A stretch of DNA of 63,475 bases, filler included, from Reclinomonas americana ATCC 50394 (lineage: Eukaryota), in assembly GCA_048213135.1 (NCBI GenBank). It is 6 parts of 4 records of this genome, joined end to end, with 100 filler letters (N's around TTAATTAATTAA, not from the genome) between each part and the next. Parts side by side here need not be neighbours in the genome. Positions count along the whole stretch, not along the records: positions 1 to 27,258 come from PS015390.1; 5 more parts are not named here. The stretch is one strand, 5' to 3'. Both the position numbers and the translations under genes were made by a program. The first letter of the stretch is position 1. Each line of letters starts with the position of its first letter. Of the stretch, positions 1-13,434 are shown piece after piece. The notes beneath the pieces are model-generated. The model saw only the letters and a list, made by a program, of their open reading frames with translations. It had not been told where the DNA came from and searched no databases.

Positions 1-19
1 CCCTTCCATCCCACTCACC

Positions 20-1915
20 CTTCGAGGCAGCCGCCAGATACCGCCCATCCGGCGAAAAACTCAAACTGTAAATCTCCTTGCCGCGCGTCTCAATCTCGCG
101 CACCAGCGCCAGCGCCTCCACCTGCAGCAGCGAGATGACGCCCCGACTGTCGCCCGTGGCCAGCATGGTGCCGTCGGGCGAGCGCGCCACCGAGAAGAGC
201 TCATTGGAGGTACGCTTGATGCCCAGCTGCGTCGTCTCGTCCCACACACGCAGCGACTTGTCAAAGCACGCACTGACCAGCAACGACGAGTGCTCGTTGC
301 CGACCAGCACCAAGCCATAGACACTGTCGGCGTGACCACGCAGCACTCGCAAGCACCCGCCACTGGCCGTCTGCCAAACGCGGATCGTGCGATCGGCCGA
401 GCCACTAAACACCTGCGAGCCATCATACGAGAGCGCCACCGCCTGCACCGCGCTGTCATGACCCTCGCCAATCCACACCGGAGCATGACGCACACTGCCG
501 GTGCCCGCGCGCGCTTGCGCCGCTCCCGGCATGAAGCGCGCAATGTTCCACAGTCGCACTCCATAGTCGGGATACCCGCCGGCACTGACCAGCACAGTGG
601 CGTCGCTGGGCGAGAAGGCCACGGCGAGCACGGTGCCGCGATGATTGCGCAACTCGCACATCATATTGGCCGTGTCGTCCGCGTCAAACACACGCACCGC
701 CGACTCATTCGCCGCTGTCGCAATCAGTTGTCGCGGGTACCGAGCGGCGTCTGCCACTCCCGCCGGAGGTGCAATGAGCGGGGAGACGGCCACGGCATTC
801 ACCACGCCCTTGTGGGGCTCCAGGCGNNNNNNNNNNNNNNNNNNNNNNNNNNNNNNNNNNNNNNNNNNNNNNNNNNNNNNNNNNNNNNNNNNNNNNNNNN
901 NNNNNNNNNNNNNNNNNNNNNNNNNNNNNNNNNNNNNNNNNNNNNNNNNNNNNNNNNNNNNNNNNNNNNNNNNNNNNNNNNNNNNNNNNNNNNNNNNNNN
1001 NNNNNNNNNNNNNNNNNNNNNNNNNNNNNNNNNNNNNNNNNNNNNNNNNNNNNNNNNNNNNNNNNNNNNNNNNNNNNNNNNNNNNNNNNNNNNNNNNNNN
1101 NNNNNNNNNNNNNNNNNNNNNNNNNNNNNNNNNNNNNNNNNNNNNNNNNNNNNNNNNNNNNNNNNNNNNNNNNNNNNNNNNNNNNNNNNNNNNNNNNNNN
1201 NNNNNNNNNNNNNNNNNNNNNNNNNNNNNNNNNNNNNNNNNNNNNNNNNNNNNNNNNNNNNNNNNNNNNNNNNNNNNNNNNNNNNNNNNNNNNNNNNNNN
1301 NNNNNNNNNNNNNNNNNNNNNNNNNNNNNNNNNNNNNNNNNNNNNNNNNNNNNNNNNNNNNNNNNNNNNNNNNNNNNNNNNNNNNNNNNNNNNNNNNNNN
1401 NNNNNNNNNNNNNNNNNNNNNNNNNNNNNNNNNNNNNNNNNNNNNNNNNNNNNNNNNNNNNNNNNNNNNNNNNNNNNNNNNNNNNNNNNNNNNNNNNNNN
1501 NNNNNNNNNNNNNNNNNNNNNNNNNNNNNNNNNNNNNNNNNNNNNNNNNNNNNNNNNNNNNNNNNNNNNNNNNNNNNNNNNNNNNNNNNNNNNNNNNNNN
1601 NNNNNNNNNNNNNNNNNNNNNNNNNNNNNNNNNNNNNNNNNNNNNNNNNNNNNNNNNNNNNNNNNNNNNNNNNNNNNNNNNNNNNNNNNNNNNNNNNNNN
1701 NNNNNNNNNNNNNNNNNNNNNNNNNNNNNNNNNNNNNNNNNNNNNNNNNNNNNNNNNNNNNNNNNNNNNNNNNNNNNNNNNNNNNNNNNNNNNNNNNNNN
1801 NNNNNNNNNNNNNACGCAGTTCTCCGCGAACATTGCCTGCTGACGCGCCACCGCCACCCGCGCCGGGCACGGAGGAGTCGCCCGCTCCGCGATCTTGCGA
1901 GTGAGCGCTGCCCAT
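20..1915 (-). CDS. WD40-repeat protein, 3' end outside the window; N-terminus MGSAHS is a possible N-myristoylation signal
   Basis: Open frame 826->20 gives HKGVVNAVAVSP...GHDSAVQAVALSYDGSQVFSGSADRTIRVW...GHADSVYGL...FDKSLRVW...FSPDGRYLAAASK and ends at donor G|GTGAGT. Putative first exon starts at ATG 1915, across the N gap. Confidence 0.8.
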
Positions 1916-2470
1916 GCGTAAGAAGGAGAGGGAGCGGAGGGAGCGGGGAAGGCGGACGGTTGTGCGAGAGTGTGTTTCGTTCTCGTGGGACAGAGACTGT
2001 ATCGTCAGATGCAATGCGCACGCACTGTGGTTCTTTCTCGCTGAGCCTCTCGCAGGTGTGAGGATGCTTCTCTGAGAGATGTGGCTCACGGAGCACCGGC
2101 AGCGTTTTTTGAGACGCGTCGAAGTTGCGACGTTTGCCATAACTCGTGAGCTGGCTGTGCTTGAGCCGCGCGCGCAGGTGCATACGAGAGGCCATGTGTT
2201 CAGTGTCACTGACGGCAAAGGCGCAGTGCGCGCAGCTCTTGCAGAGTCTGCAAAGCGTGAACATGACAATTTATCCTAAACATGCACACGCGCCAGCTGT
2301 GGCGCAACGGATGCACTCAGCCAGCAAGCAACCTTGTGAGAAGTGTCACCCTTTTGTGGGTGACTGTGAGAGGAGCCAAACACGGCCCCCTTACGACAAC
2401 TTTCCGACTGGTGCAATAGGACATTTTTCCCGCGCATTGTCAAGTTTGTTTTCTTGTTCCGAGCGCAAGC

Positions 2471-5400
2471 ATGTTGCGTTTCCCCTCTCACACTGTCTCC
2501 CACTCCCTCTCTATGCCTCCCTCTCCCCTCTCCTCCTTCACCACATCGTGCATCCTCTTCCTCAATGCGAGGAGTTGTCGTCAAAGTTTGCTCACACATA
2601 CTCAAACTCACTCTCACTCGCGCGTGCATGCAGGCCGCCAAAGAAGGAAAAGAAGGAGAAGAGCTACGAGAACAAGGATCGCTCCGAGTGGGTGAACCCG
2701 ACGCCGGTGGGCGAGCGGAAGGGTGAGTGTGCGGTGGTGGGGACATTGTGACTGACTTGCCCCCTAAAAACACACACACACGAAAGAGGAAGTGCACGCT
2801 CTCTTTCTGATGCACATACTCCAATTGCTGTGTGCTGTCTGCGCGCGCTTCGCACTCCACGGCATTCACGTGCACTTTGAGCAAAAGAAAGCGTGCACAT
2901 GTCTGCGTCATGGCTCACTCTCACACACATTTTACACACAGATGTGAGTGGCGAGATGGAGGCCGCGTATGATCCGCAAAAAGTGGAGGCTGCGTGGTAC
3001 GACTGGTGGGAGCGCGAGGGCTTTTTCCGCCCGCAAGAGCGTCGACCGGGCGCCGGCACATACACGGTGGTGTTGCCGCCGCCGAATGTGACGGGTTCGT
3101 TGCATCTCGGCCACGCACTCACCGTGTCCATTGAGGATGCTATTTGCCGATGGTGAGTCTGAGGCAGAGGGAGGGTAAAGGGGAAGGGATTTGTCTCCAA
3201 GTTGTCATAGGCATTGTCTGCTCTCTTTCTGTTTCACTACTTTTCTCTCTCACGCGCGAAGTCTCACCGTGAGTGCTTTCTCTGTACCTTTCTTCCCCCC
3301 CTTTCTCTCCCCCGTTCCCCCTCTTCCCCCTTCCGCTTATCTCCCCCTTTCCCTTCTCACAGGCGCCGCATGAAGGGCCAGGCCGTGGAATGGCTCCCCG
3401 GAACGGACCACGCCGGCATCGCCACGCAGAGTGTGGTGGAGCGCAAGCTCTACATTAGCCAGGGCAAGACACGCCACGACCTCGGCCGCGAGGCTTTCGT
3501 GCAGGAGGTGTGGAAGTGGAAGGACGAGTTGCGTTCCTTTGCCTTGGAGAAGACTTTGCGTGCTCTGTATCCTCACTGTGTGTGCGAATACAGGTACGGT
3601 GGTCGCATTCACAGCCAGCTTCGCCGCACTGGTGCGTCGCTCGACTGGGAGCGGTGTTTCTTCACGCTGGATGAGGTTTGTGTTTCAAAATCGTTCGCAA
3701 CGTCTCCTCTCGTTTCTCATCTTTCCTTGTCCGCAGCCGCGCGCCGCTGGTGTGGAGGAGGCCTTTATCCGCATGTTCGAGCAGGGCATCATTTACCGCG
3801 CCAACCGCCTGGTGAACTGGTGCTGCGCACTGCGCACTGCCATCTCCGACATTGAGGTGTGCTTTTGTGTGTGTCGTCATTGCTGCAAAGTCGGCGAGAT
3901 CACTGACTTCTTCTCTGTTGTAGGTGGACTACATTGATGTGGAGCCACTGCAGAAGCGCAAGTTCCCTGGCCACGACTCGGCTGCCGATTTCGGCACCCT
4001 CACCTCATTCGCCTACAAGGTGGAAGACTCAGGTTCGTGAGGGCGCTGGTTAATGAGAGTGTCATTCTCTCATCTCATCTTTTACGAATGCAGAGGAGGA
4101 GATTGTGGTGGCCACCACCCGTCCGGAGACCATGCTCGGCGATACTGCCGTGGCGGTGCACCCAGAGGATCCCAGATACACGCACTTGCACGGCAAGTTT
4201 GTGGTACATCCGTTCAACGGCCGTCGCATTCCCATCATTACGGATGCGGTGCTCGTGGACATGACGTTTGGCACAGGTGCGTGAGAGGGGAAGAGAGGGA
4301 GAGAGAGAGACGCATAGTTTTGTGCGTGTATATGTGTCGCGCCGGATCTTCCTTGTGTACTCGGTCCTTATCTTCCGCCATTCTGCTCTCAATCCTCCTG
4401 CTCCTCTCTTTTCCCATCATCCTGTTCTCAATCCCCCCAGCTACCCCGCTGATCTCAATTCGTATCCTATCCTTGTCTGTTCAATCCTTCACCTCTCCGT
4501 TCTCACCCTCTCTCTAGACTACATCCGCCGCCCTGTTCCACTCTGTTCCTCTCAGTCTCTCTCGGCTTCTCCCTCTGCCACCTCCTTCTCTCTTTCTCTC
4601 CTTCTCCCTCTTCACTCTCTCGCTTCCCTTCCATCCTCTGCTCTCCTCCTTCACCTGATTTTGTGTGCTCAGCTCGCGTCCTCTCCGCTCCCGCCCTTCT
4701 ATTCTCCGTCCTCCTCTTCTCCTCCTTTCCCGCCCTCCTGTTCTCAATCCCCGCTAATCCTCTTTCGTATCCTCTCCTTGTCCACACTGTTATTGTCAAT
4801 CCTCCTCTCCGCTCCCGCCCTCTTGTTCGCGAACTCCATCCACCGCCCTTTCCACTCTGTTCCTCTCTGTCTCTCTCCCCTTCTCCCTCTTGTTCAACCC
4901 TCATGCTCTCACTCTCCATTCCCTCTTTTCCGCCCATCACCTTTACCTCCTTCTTCCCCCCTTACCGTCCCTCCTACCCTCCCTCTCCCTCATCACCCCC
5001 TTCCCCTCCACCGCACAGGCGCCGTGAAGATCACCCCGGCCCACGACCCGAACGATTACGAATGCGGTCGCCGCCACAGCCTCGAGTTCATCAACGTGAT
5101 GGACGACGACGGCCTGATCAACGACAACGGCGCCCCGTTCACCGGCATGAAGCGTTTCGATTGCCGTACGGAGATTGTGAAGAAGCTGGAGGAGAGGGGT
5201 CTGCTGCGTGGCATCCAGGGCAACGCCATGCGCCTCGGCGTGTGCTCGCGCTCCGGCGACGTGATTGAGCCCATGCTCCGCCCGCAGTGGTACGTGAACT
5301 GCTCGGAGATGGCCGCGCAAGCGGTGCAGGCGGTGCGCGTTGGCGACCTGAAGATCATTCCCTCGTCGCACAACGAGACGTGGTTCCGCTGGCTGGAGAA

Positions 5401-8400
5401 CATTCGCGACTGGTGCATCTCACGGCAGTTGTGGTGGGGCCATCGTATCCCCGCCTACCTCGTGTGGCAGCGCGGTCAGTCAAGACCAGAGGTTTGTGTG
5501 TGGTTGTTTGTATTGGTTTGATGATTCCTTGATCTCACGGGCGGCTGGCTGATTGCAGAGCACGTCCATGGACGCCTGGTTCGTGGGACGCAGCGAGGCC
5601 GACGCCAAGGCCAAGGCCGCCGCCAAGTTGGGCGTGCCGGTGGAGGAGCTGGAGGCGGAGCAGGTGCGTGCGATGGACAGGGGATTGGAAACGACAGTGT
5701 TTGCTTCTGCTCTTCTCATCACTGCCTCTTTCTCTTCCTGTTGCTGCCTTCTGCCCTTCTCCGTCACTGCTTTCTCTTTTGTCACTGTCTTCTGCTCTTC
5801 CTCATCTCTGTCTCCTGCACTTCGCCGTCACTACTTCCCCCTTCTGTCATGTATCTGTCATCACCATGTCAAACTCATGTTCGTCTCATTTCACTTGTCT
5901 CTATTCGGATCGCTCTCACTGTGTTCCTTTTCTTGGATGTTTCTTGCATGTCGAGAAACTCCTTTCCTTCACTGCACCGCCTTCCCCCATATCCTCACTT
6001 TCTCTATTTCCGACCACAGGACCAAGACGTGCTGGACACGTGGTTCTCCTCGGGCCTGCTGCCGTTCACGGGCTACCACTGGCCGCACACCGAGCACCCC
6101 GACTTTGAGCAGTTCTTCCCCGGCAGTCTGCTGGAGACCGGTCACGACATTCTGTTCTTCTGGGTGGCGCGCATGGTGATGATGAGCCTCAACCTGACTG
6201 GCAAGCTGCCGTTCACGGAGGTGTTTTTGCACTCGATGGTGCGCGACCGACAAGGTCGCAAGATGAGCAAGACCCTCGGTAATGTGGTGGACCCGATTGA
6301 TGTGATGGAGGGTATTACGCTGGAGGTGAGTGTGGGAGGAAGGGAGAGGGTGGGGAGAGGGAGACTGCTCGGGGTGATTCATTTCATTTCTCTGCTCTTC
6401 TGGGTACGTGGACTCTTGTCTGTTTGTCTCCACGGTGCGATACTTTTGACTCCATCTTTCTCTCGCTCGTAGTCGCCTCGTGTTACTGTGCTGCATTCTT
6501 GTCTATTTGTCTGCCGCGTGTATGACTCTTTTCTGTGTCTCTTCCTGCGTTGTTGGCGTGCTGGAAATTGTGTTCATTGTGTTGCTTGAGTTGTCATTCT
6601 CTCCGTATCTGTCGCGTCGTCCTCTGCGTGATGTGGATTGCGTCTTGTCTGTTTGTCTCCACCTCACTCTCTTATTTTACCATGCTGCGTGGGTGCGATA
6701 CTCTTCACTCTTTGCTTCCTTGTATATTTGTCGCTTCGTGATCAGTGTGCTGCAGAGTGCGTTTTTTGTGGCTCTCTTGTCTTTCCATTAACTGCGTTTG
6801 TGTGACACTCCTGTCTGTTTGTCTCCGCCGCTCTTTCTCTTCTACCCTCCCCTCTTCTCCTCCTCCTCCTGCTCTCCTCCTTTGCTCACCCTTCCCTTAT
6901 CATGCACAGCGACTCAATCAGAAGCTCTCCGAGGGCAACCTGGACCCTCGCGAGGTGGAGCGTGCGAAGGCCGGACAGGTGCGTTGATCCTGTGCTCTGC
7001 AGCTGATGCTGCTTTGCACCGCACTCAAACCCCCTCGCAGAAGCAAGAATTCCCGCGTGGAATCGCCGAGTGCGGCTCCGATGCTCTTCGTTTCGGTCTG
7101 CTGGCGTACACCGCACAAGGTACAACGTTGTTGAGCTGAGTCTTTTGGCAATTGCGCTCAATGTCTATGTGTGTGTGCAGGCCGCGACATCAACCTGGAC
7201 ATTCAGCGTGTGGTGGCCTACCGTCAGTTCTGCAACAAGATGTGGCAGGCCACCAAGTTTGCTCTGTCCATGCTAGCCGACTTTGACGCGCCGGCCGCCG
7301 ATGCTGTGCTGCAGGTGTGTGTGGCTCATTGTCATGGTGCCTTTTGTCGTCGCTGATTCTCACGCTATTGCAGACGGACGGCCTCGCCCTTATCGATCGA
7401 TGGGTGCTGAGCCGATTGAACTCCACGGTGCGCTCGGTGAGCGAGTCGCTGGAGGCGTACGAGTTTGGATCGGCCGCCAGCTCCATGTACTCGTTCTTCA
7501 TGGACGAGTTGTGCCCGGTGTACATTGTTGCGTTGCTGGGCCCCACTCCGCAATCGATTATCGCTGCTTGTTATCTCACGACGCGCGAGTGTAGGAGGCA
7601 ATCAAGCCGGTGTTCCGCGCCGACGGCAATGTGGATGACAAGCGTCGCACGCAATTCGTATTGTTGCGTTTTCACAGTCTCTGAGAGAGAGAGTGTGTGT
7701 GTGTGAGGGGGAGGTGCCGACATGATGTTTCAAACAATCTATTTCACTCTAACTGACGTATTGAGATGATAACGTTTTTTTCTGATTGGCCTTGTAATGA
7801 GCACTTGAGAGAAAGCGGGAATGAGAGGAGACTGTTTCCGCTAATGCGCTATATTTCTTTGTGTCCGCCAGGTACACGGTGATGGACAACATTCTGCGCC
7901 TGATGCACCCGTTCCTGCCGTTTGTGACGGAGGAGCTGTGGCAACGGTTGCCGGGCAAGTCGGCGCTGCCGGCCGGTGCGTGCTCCATTATGGTGCAGTC
8001 GTACCCGGAGCCGAACGCGGCGTGGCAGTCGGGTGAGACGGAGGAGCTGGTGTTCCACGCGCTGGAGACCGTGCATGGCGTGCGCTCCATGCGCGCTGGC
8101 TTCGAGATCAGGCCCAAGGATCTCCTGACTGTGTACGTGCGCTGTGCCGACGAGCCTCTGCTGCGCGGCATTCAGCAGACGGCGGATCTGATTGCGGCCC
8201 TGGCGTTCTGTGCGTCGGTGACGGCGATTCCCGCGGGTGAGCGCGCACCACCCGGCTGCGCGGCCATGGTCATGTCCGACAAGCTGGAGGTGTTCCTTGG
8301 ACTGGAGGTGAGGAGATCTGAAAGAGAGAGAGAAGAGACCCAAGGGGATTCGCGTGCTGTGTTTGTTTTTGTCCTTGTCGACAGAGAGATGCAGATCGAG

Positions 8401-9696
8401 GAGATTTGTGTGTTGCCTCTCGATACAAAGAGATGGAGATCTCAGGGGGTTNNNNNNNNNNNNNNNNNNNNNNNNNNNNNNNNNNNNNNNNNNNNNNNNN
8501 NNNNNNNNNNNNNNNNNNNNNNNNNNNNNNNNNNNNNNNNNNNNNNNNNNNNNNNNNNNNNNNNNNNNNNNNNNNNNNNNNNNNNNNNNNNNNNNNNNNN
8601 NNNNNNNNNNNNNNNNNNNNNNNNNNNNNNNNNNNNNNNNNNNNNNNNNNNNNNNNNNNNNNNNNNNNNNNNNNNNNNNNNNNNNNNNNNNNNNNNNNNN
8701 NNNNNNNNNNNNNNNNNNNNNNNNNNNNNNNNNNNNNNNNNNNNNNNNNNNNNNNNNNNNNNNNNNNNNNAGAAAGAGAGAGAGAGAAAGATGCACAAAG
8801 AGTGCACGAGGGACAAGAGTGGGACAAGAGAGGGCTTGGTGTGTGCACCTCACCCTCCCTCTCCCTCACAAACGAAGCAGTCAGAAAACGGTGCACAAAG
8901 CAGACACACAACACGCGGACCAGGAGTCGGCAGAGTGAAACAAAAAGTAGATACAACAGGTCACACGGCACGCTAATCCCCTTGAGATCTCCATCTCCAT
9001 CGCCATATCTATCTCTCACTCTCTCTATCGAGAGGCATAACACAAATCCCCTCGATCTCCATCTCTCTCTCTCTCTGTCGACAACGGCGGAAACAGACAC
9101 AGCACGCACNNNNNNNNNNNNNNNNNNNNTCACAGACACACACACCTTCCTCGCGGTACGACTCGAGCTTGGCAGCGGTCTCCTCGCGCACACTCTCCGG
9201 AACCTTCTCCTCGTAGCCAGGCACGCTGATCTTCTTCTCGGTGCTCTCCACCAGCTTGCGGATGTCGGTCAGCTTCTTGCCCATCTTTTGCAGTTGGGCC
9301 GCCACGTCCACCATGCCCTGTGGAGGAGGGGAAGGGAGGCGGGTCAGAAGAAGGAGAGAGAGGGGATAGGGGGGTGGAAGGGGGAGAGGTGGGGAAAGGG
9401 AGGAAGGGAGGAATAGAGATGCGGGCAAGGGGATGCAGAAGGGGATAAGGGAGAGAGAGAAGACGATATACCGGCGAAGAGCACAGTATGCCTGCAAGCG
9501 AATAGAGACAGATACAGAGAGAAAGAGAGAGAGACTGGCAGACAGACAGACAGGCAAACACACACACACACNNNNNNNNNNNNNNNNNNNNTGGAAGTCA
9601 TTTCATCGAAAGTCGTGTATGTTGACTGACCCCCCGGTGGTCGCAGCCATCAAGCTGGAGGGCGCCATTAGGATGCTCGAGGAGCTGGCCGTGTAA
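2471..9696 (+). CDS. VARS1: Valyl-tRNA synthetase, about 19 exons; penultimate exon sits on a mis-oriented contig
   Basis: [13 protein letters not shown] (HIGH motif), [86 protein letters not shown] introns restore the frame, and the start is AT|G split by intron 2473-2633. Confidence 0.97.
9146..9317 (-). CDS. VARS1: ValRS C-terminal coiled-coil exon on an inverted, gap-bounded contig
   Basis: [57 protein letters not shown]. Its phase-0 acceptor matches the + exon ending at 8307, and its phase-1 donor matches the + last exon 9647-9696. Confidence 0.9.
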
Positions 9697-9803
9697 ACAG
9701 AGGAAGCAATGCGACAGAGTGAGACAGAAGAGAGAAGGAAGGAATGCATAATGCATGATCAATGGTTGTTTTCAGACAGGAAAATTGCTTTTATCTTTAT
9801 CAA

Positions 9804-10184
9804 ATGATCGTCGCGCGCTGGAAGCTGCTCTCGCTGGCGGTGCTGCTCTCTGCACTGATGTTTGTGGTGGTGCCGGCTGTGGCCAAGTGGGAGTGTCCGT
9901 CTCCGGGTTTTCCCAAGTTTCGTCGCGGCTCTCTCTCACACTTTGCGCGCATGTCCACCGACTGACCCCCAACTCACTTTCTCTCGCTTCCTCTCTCTTT
10001 CTGTAATCTGTGTGTGTGTTTCGCGATGCAGGTTCGACTGCCCGTTTGTGCCTGCATCGCCGATGGTCCCCGACGATGTAAACAAACTGCGCCCCGGCGA
10101 CATTCAGGCTGTCATGGCCATGGGTGACAGGTGAGAGAGTGGAGAGGGAGAGTGGAGAGCAGAGGGAGAGAGGAGTGCAGAGAG

Positions 10185-10219
<35 letters not shown>

Positions 10220-10265
10220 AACGTGCCGCATGTGAGGATCTGCATTTCGAACACATGTATTCGTT

Positions 10266-10316
<51 letters not shown>

Positions 10317-12712
10317 GAGAGAGAGAGGAGGAGGAGGAGGANNNNNNNNNNNNNNNNNNNNCTCCTCCATCTCTTCTCCTCTTTCTTATTCCTTCCCTTC
10401 CTCCCTCCCATCTCATCTCCTCCCCCCTCTTCCCCTCCCATCTCCTCCCTTCTCCCTCATCACTTCCCTCACATCCCCTCCCATATCCTCTGCAGCATCA
10501 CTGCCGGTTTCGGCATGATTGGCGTGGCACCGCTCGAATACCGCGGTCATGTCTACTCGACGGGCTCTGAGGGCGGTCACACGCTCGGTCACTTCCTCAA
10601 GTTCTACAACCCCAAGCTGGAGGGCACCTGCACCGGCACCACCCTGCCGCTCACCAAGCTCGGTGAGTTATGCACGAGAGCACAATGTCACTGTGCTCTC
10701 TCTTCTAAATCGATGCGTGCACAGGCAAGGGTCTCAACGTGGCCGTGAGTGAGGCCAAGGTGGAGGATCTGCCTCCGCAGGTCGACCGCCTGATGGAGCT
10801 GCTGAACACGACCTACTCGCACGTGTTGAACGAGTGGAAGCTGCTCACGATTTTCATTGGTGAGTGCTTGTGATACTGTATATCTGTGCAGTGAGCGTGT
10901 TGCCATTGAGTTGGATGCAATCGGTTGTTAAACGCGCTTGCCAGTGTCTTTCTCTTCCTCCTCTCTTGTTACCTGAGGAAGTGAGTGAGTGAGAATGCAA
11001 GAAAGGGATCGAGTGTCTGTGAGATGGAGGAGTTTCGATTGTGTTTGATGAGGTCAGTTGTAAAGTGCGTCGCCCTGTACGTTCCTTTCCCTCTCCTTCC
11101 ATGTTACCTCAAGGAGAATGAACCAGCGTCTGTATAAGTGCTTGTGTGGTTTCATATCTTGTACGCCTGCATCTACATGAATCTCTTCCTTACTCCTCCC
11201 TTCCCCTCCTCCCTCTCCCTTCCGCCCTCTCCACTCCTCCCTCTCCTCCTCTCCTCCTCCCTTCCTCCTTTCCTTTCCTCCCCCTTACCCACCCTCTGCA
11301 TCACCCAGGTGCCAACAATCTCTGCGACAGCTGCGACCCGAATAACTCGCACGGCGATCCCGAGAACTTCCGCGTGCATCTGCGCGCCGTGCTGCGCAAC
11401 ATTTACCAGCGCATGCCGAAAGGTTCCGTGAATTTGCCGTGAAGAAGGCAAGCAGAGCGCGGCTGACCCTTCTTCTCCTCCGCAGTGCGCGTGCAGCTGA
11501 TGACGATCTTCAACGTCTCGCAAGTGTGGGACGTGGCCATGGAGCACTGGGGCTACTGCAAGGAGGTTGTGCCGCGCGTGCACGAATGCGGATGCATGGA
11601 GGATAGCTGGCAGACTCGCGTGGCTCTCGGTCTGGCCACGCCCAAGTTTAATGGTTTGTTCGCTGCATGAGAGGGTGGGGATAGTGATCTCCTTGCTTCT
11701 CTCTTCTCATTTGCGTCCCATCGTTTGTGCAGCCGTGACGTACGAAGTGGCAGCCGAGTTCCAAAACCTTTCGAGCGAGTTCACCGTGGTGGTGCAGCCG
11801 GGCGTCGATCAACTGCCGTTTGGCCAGTTCTCGGAGGCATTCTTGTCAGGTGAGCGGGTGGTCTGTGAGAGGGGGGGGGGGAGAGAGAGAGAGAGAGAGA
11901 CAGAGAGAGACAGAGAGACAGAGAGAGTCAGAGAGAGGGAGAGAGAGAAAGAGAGAGAGACAGAGAGACATGAGAGCGAGAGAGTGGGAGAGGGCNNNNN
12001 NNNNNNNNNNNNNNNNNNNNNNNNNNNNNNNNNNNNNNNNNNNNNNNNNNNNNNNNNNNNNNNNNNNNNNNNNNNNNNNNNNNNNNNNNNNNNNNNNNNN
12101 NNNNNNNNNNNNNNNNNNNNNNNNNNNNNNNNNNNNNNNNNNNNNNNNNNNNNNNNNNNNNNNNNNNNNNNNNNNNNNNNNNNNNNNNNNNNNNNNNNNN
12201 NNNNNNNNNNNNNNNNNNNNNNNNNNNNNNNNNNNNNNNNNNNNNNNNNNNNNNNNNNNNNNNNNNNNNNNNNNNNNNNNNNNNNNNNNNNNNNNNNNNN
12301 NNNNNNNNNNNNNNNNNNNNNNNNNNNNNNNNNNNNNNNNNNNNNNNNNNNNNNNNNNNNNNNNNNNNNNNNNNNNNNNNNNNNNNNNNNNNNNNNNNNN
12401 NNNNNNNNNNNNNNNNNNNNNNNNNNNNNNNNNNNNNNNNNNNNNNNNNNNNNNNNNNNNNNNNNNNNNNNNNNNNNNNNNNNNNNNNNNNNNNNNNNNN
12501 NNNNNNNNNNNNNNNNNNNNNNNNNNNNNNNNNNNNNNNNNNNNNNNNNNNNNNNNNNNNNNNNNNNNNNNNNNNNNNNNNNNNNNNNNNNNNNNNNNNN
12601 NNNNNNNNNNNNNNNNNNNNNNNNNNNNNNNNNNNNNNNNNNNNNNNNNNNNNNNNNNNNNNNNNNNNNNNNNNNNNNNNNNNNNNNNNNNNNNNNNNNN
12701 NNNNNNNNNNNN

Positions 12713-12750
<38 letters not shown>

Positions 12751-13127
12751 GAGAAAGAGAGAATTTGGTGTGTGAGATCGTGTTTGGGCAACTGTGTGTG
12801 TGTTTCGCGGTGAAGATGATGCTCACTATGTGCCCGCAGATCTCGACTGCTTCCATCCATCATTGTGCGCCGATCAGGTACTGTGACGTCTCCTCTCTCT
12901 CTTTTATCTTCCGTCTACATCCCCCTCATTCGTTTTCGTACAACAGGCATTCGCGACGGCGGTGTGGAACAACATGGTATGTCCACTCTGCTCATGTGTT
13001 GGCTGCTGCTCGTTACCGACAAGATCTCCGCACGCAGTTTGTGCCTCCAGAGCAGAAGCAGCACACGCTGAACCCGCTGAGCCCGCCCAAGGCCTACTGC
13101 CCTGGACCCAATGAGTTCCTGCAGTGA
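9804..13127 (+). CDS. Secreted phospholipase B1-like SGNH/GDSL hydrolase
   Basis: Signal peptide MIVARWKLLSLAVLLSALMFVVVPAVA; VNKLRPGDIQAVMAMGDSITAGFG; NVAVSEAK; WKLLTIFIGANNLC; LDCFHPS catalytic D/H block. Confidence 0.88.
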
Positions 13128-13434
13128 GAGAGAGAGAAAGAGAAAGCGATTGCTTGCAACGCCGCGGTCGGGTGATGCTTCGCGAATTGCATTGCCAGCC
13201 GTCTCACTAGTAATACCTGCAGAATGAACCACAAGTTTATAATCCACAGCACAGATGCGAAGGATATGCTCACAGTATGGAATCGCAGCGAATTGGATGG
13301 TCACACACATGTAGAGGTCTTACGGTGAGTTTGACATGTCAATCGTGTGTGTGTTTTTTCCTGAAGTCGACTGATGTGTCCTGCACTTTACTCGTCATTC
13401 AGTTTCTTTCGAGCATACAGTGGAGCGCAGACAC

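Noticed and set aside
290..2264. Long ORFs in the supplied track that span N gaps or CT/GA microsatellites
   Set aside because: Artefacts of undefined bases and stop-free simple repeats.
3528..3593. Non-canonical TT-GG intron boundaries (G|TTGCGT...AGG|) instead of shifted GT donors
   Set aside because: Ambiguous only when the next exon starts with G. Cases such as 53472, 35230 and 17968 have downstream exons starting with C or T, and only the GT-AG reading gives proper ends.
8310..9110. Apparent inverted repeat or MITE flanking the gap in the ValRS intron
   Set aside because: It becomes a direct degenerate tandem repeat once the mis-oriented contig is flipped, and no TSD or transposase is seen.
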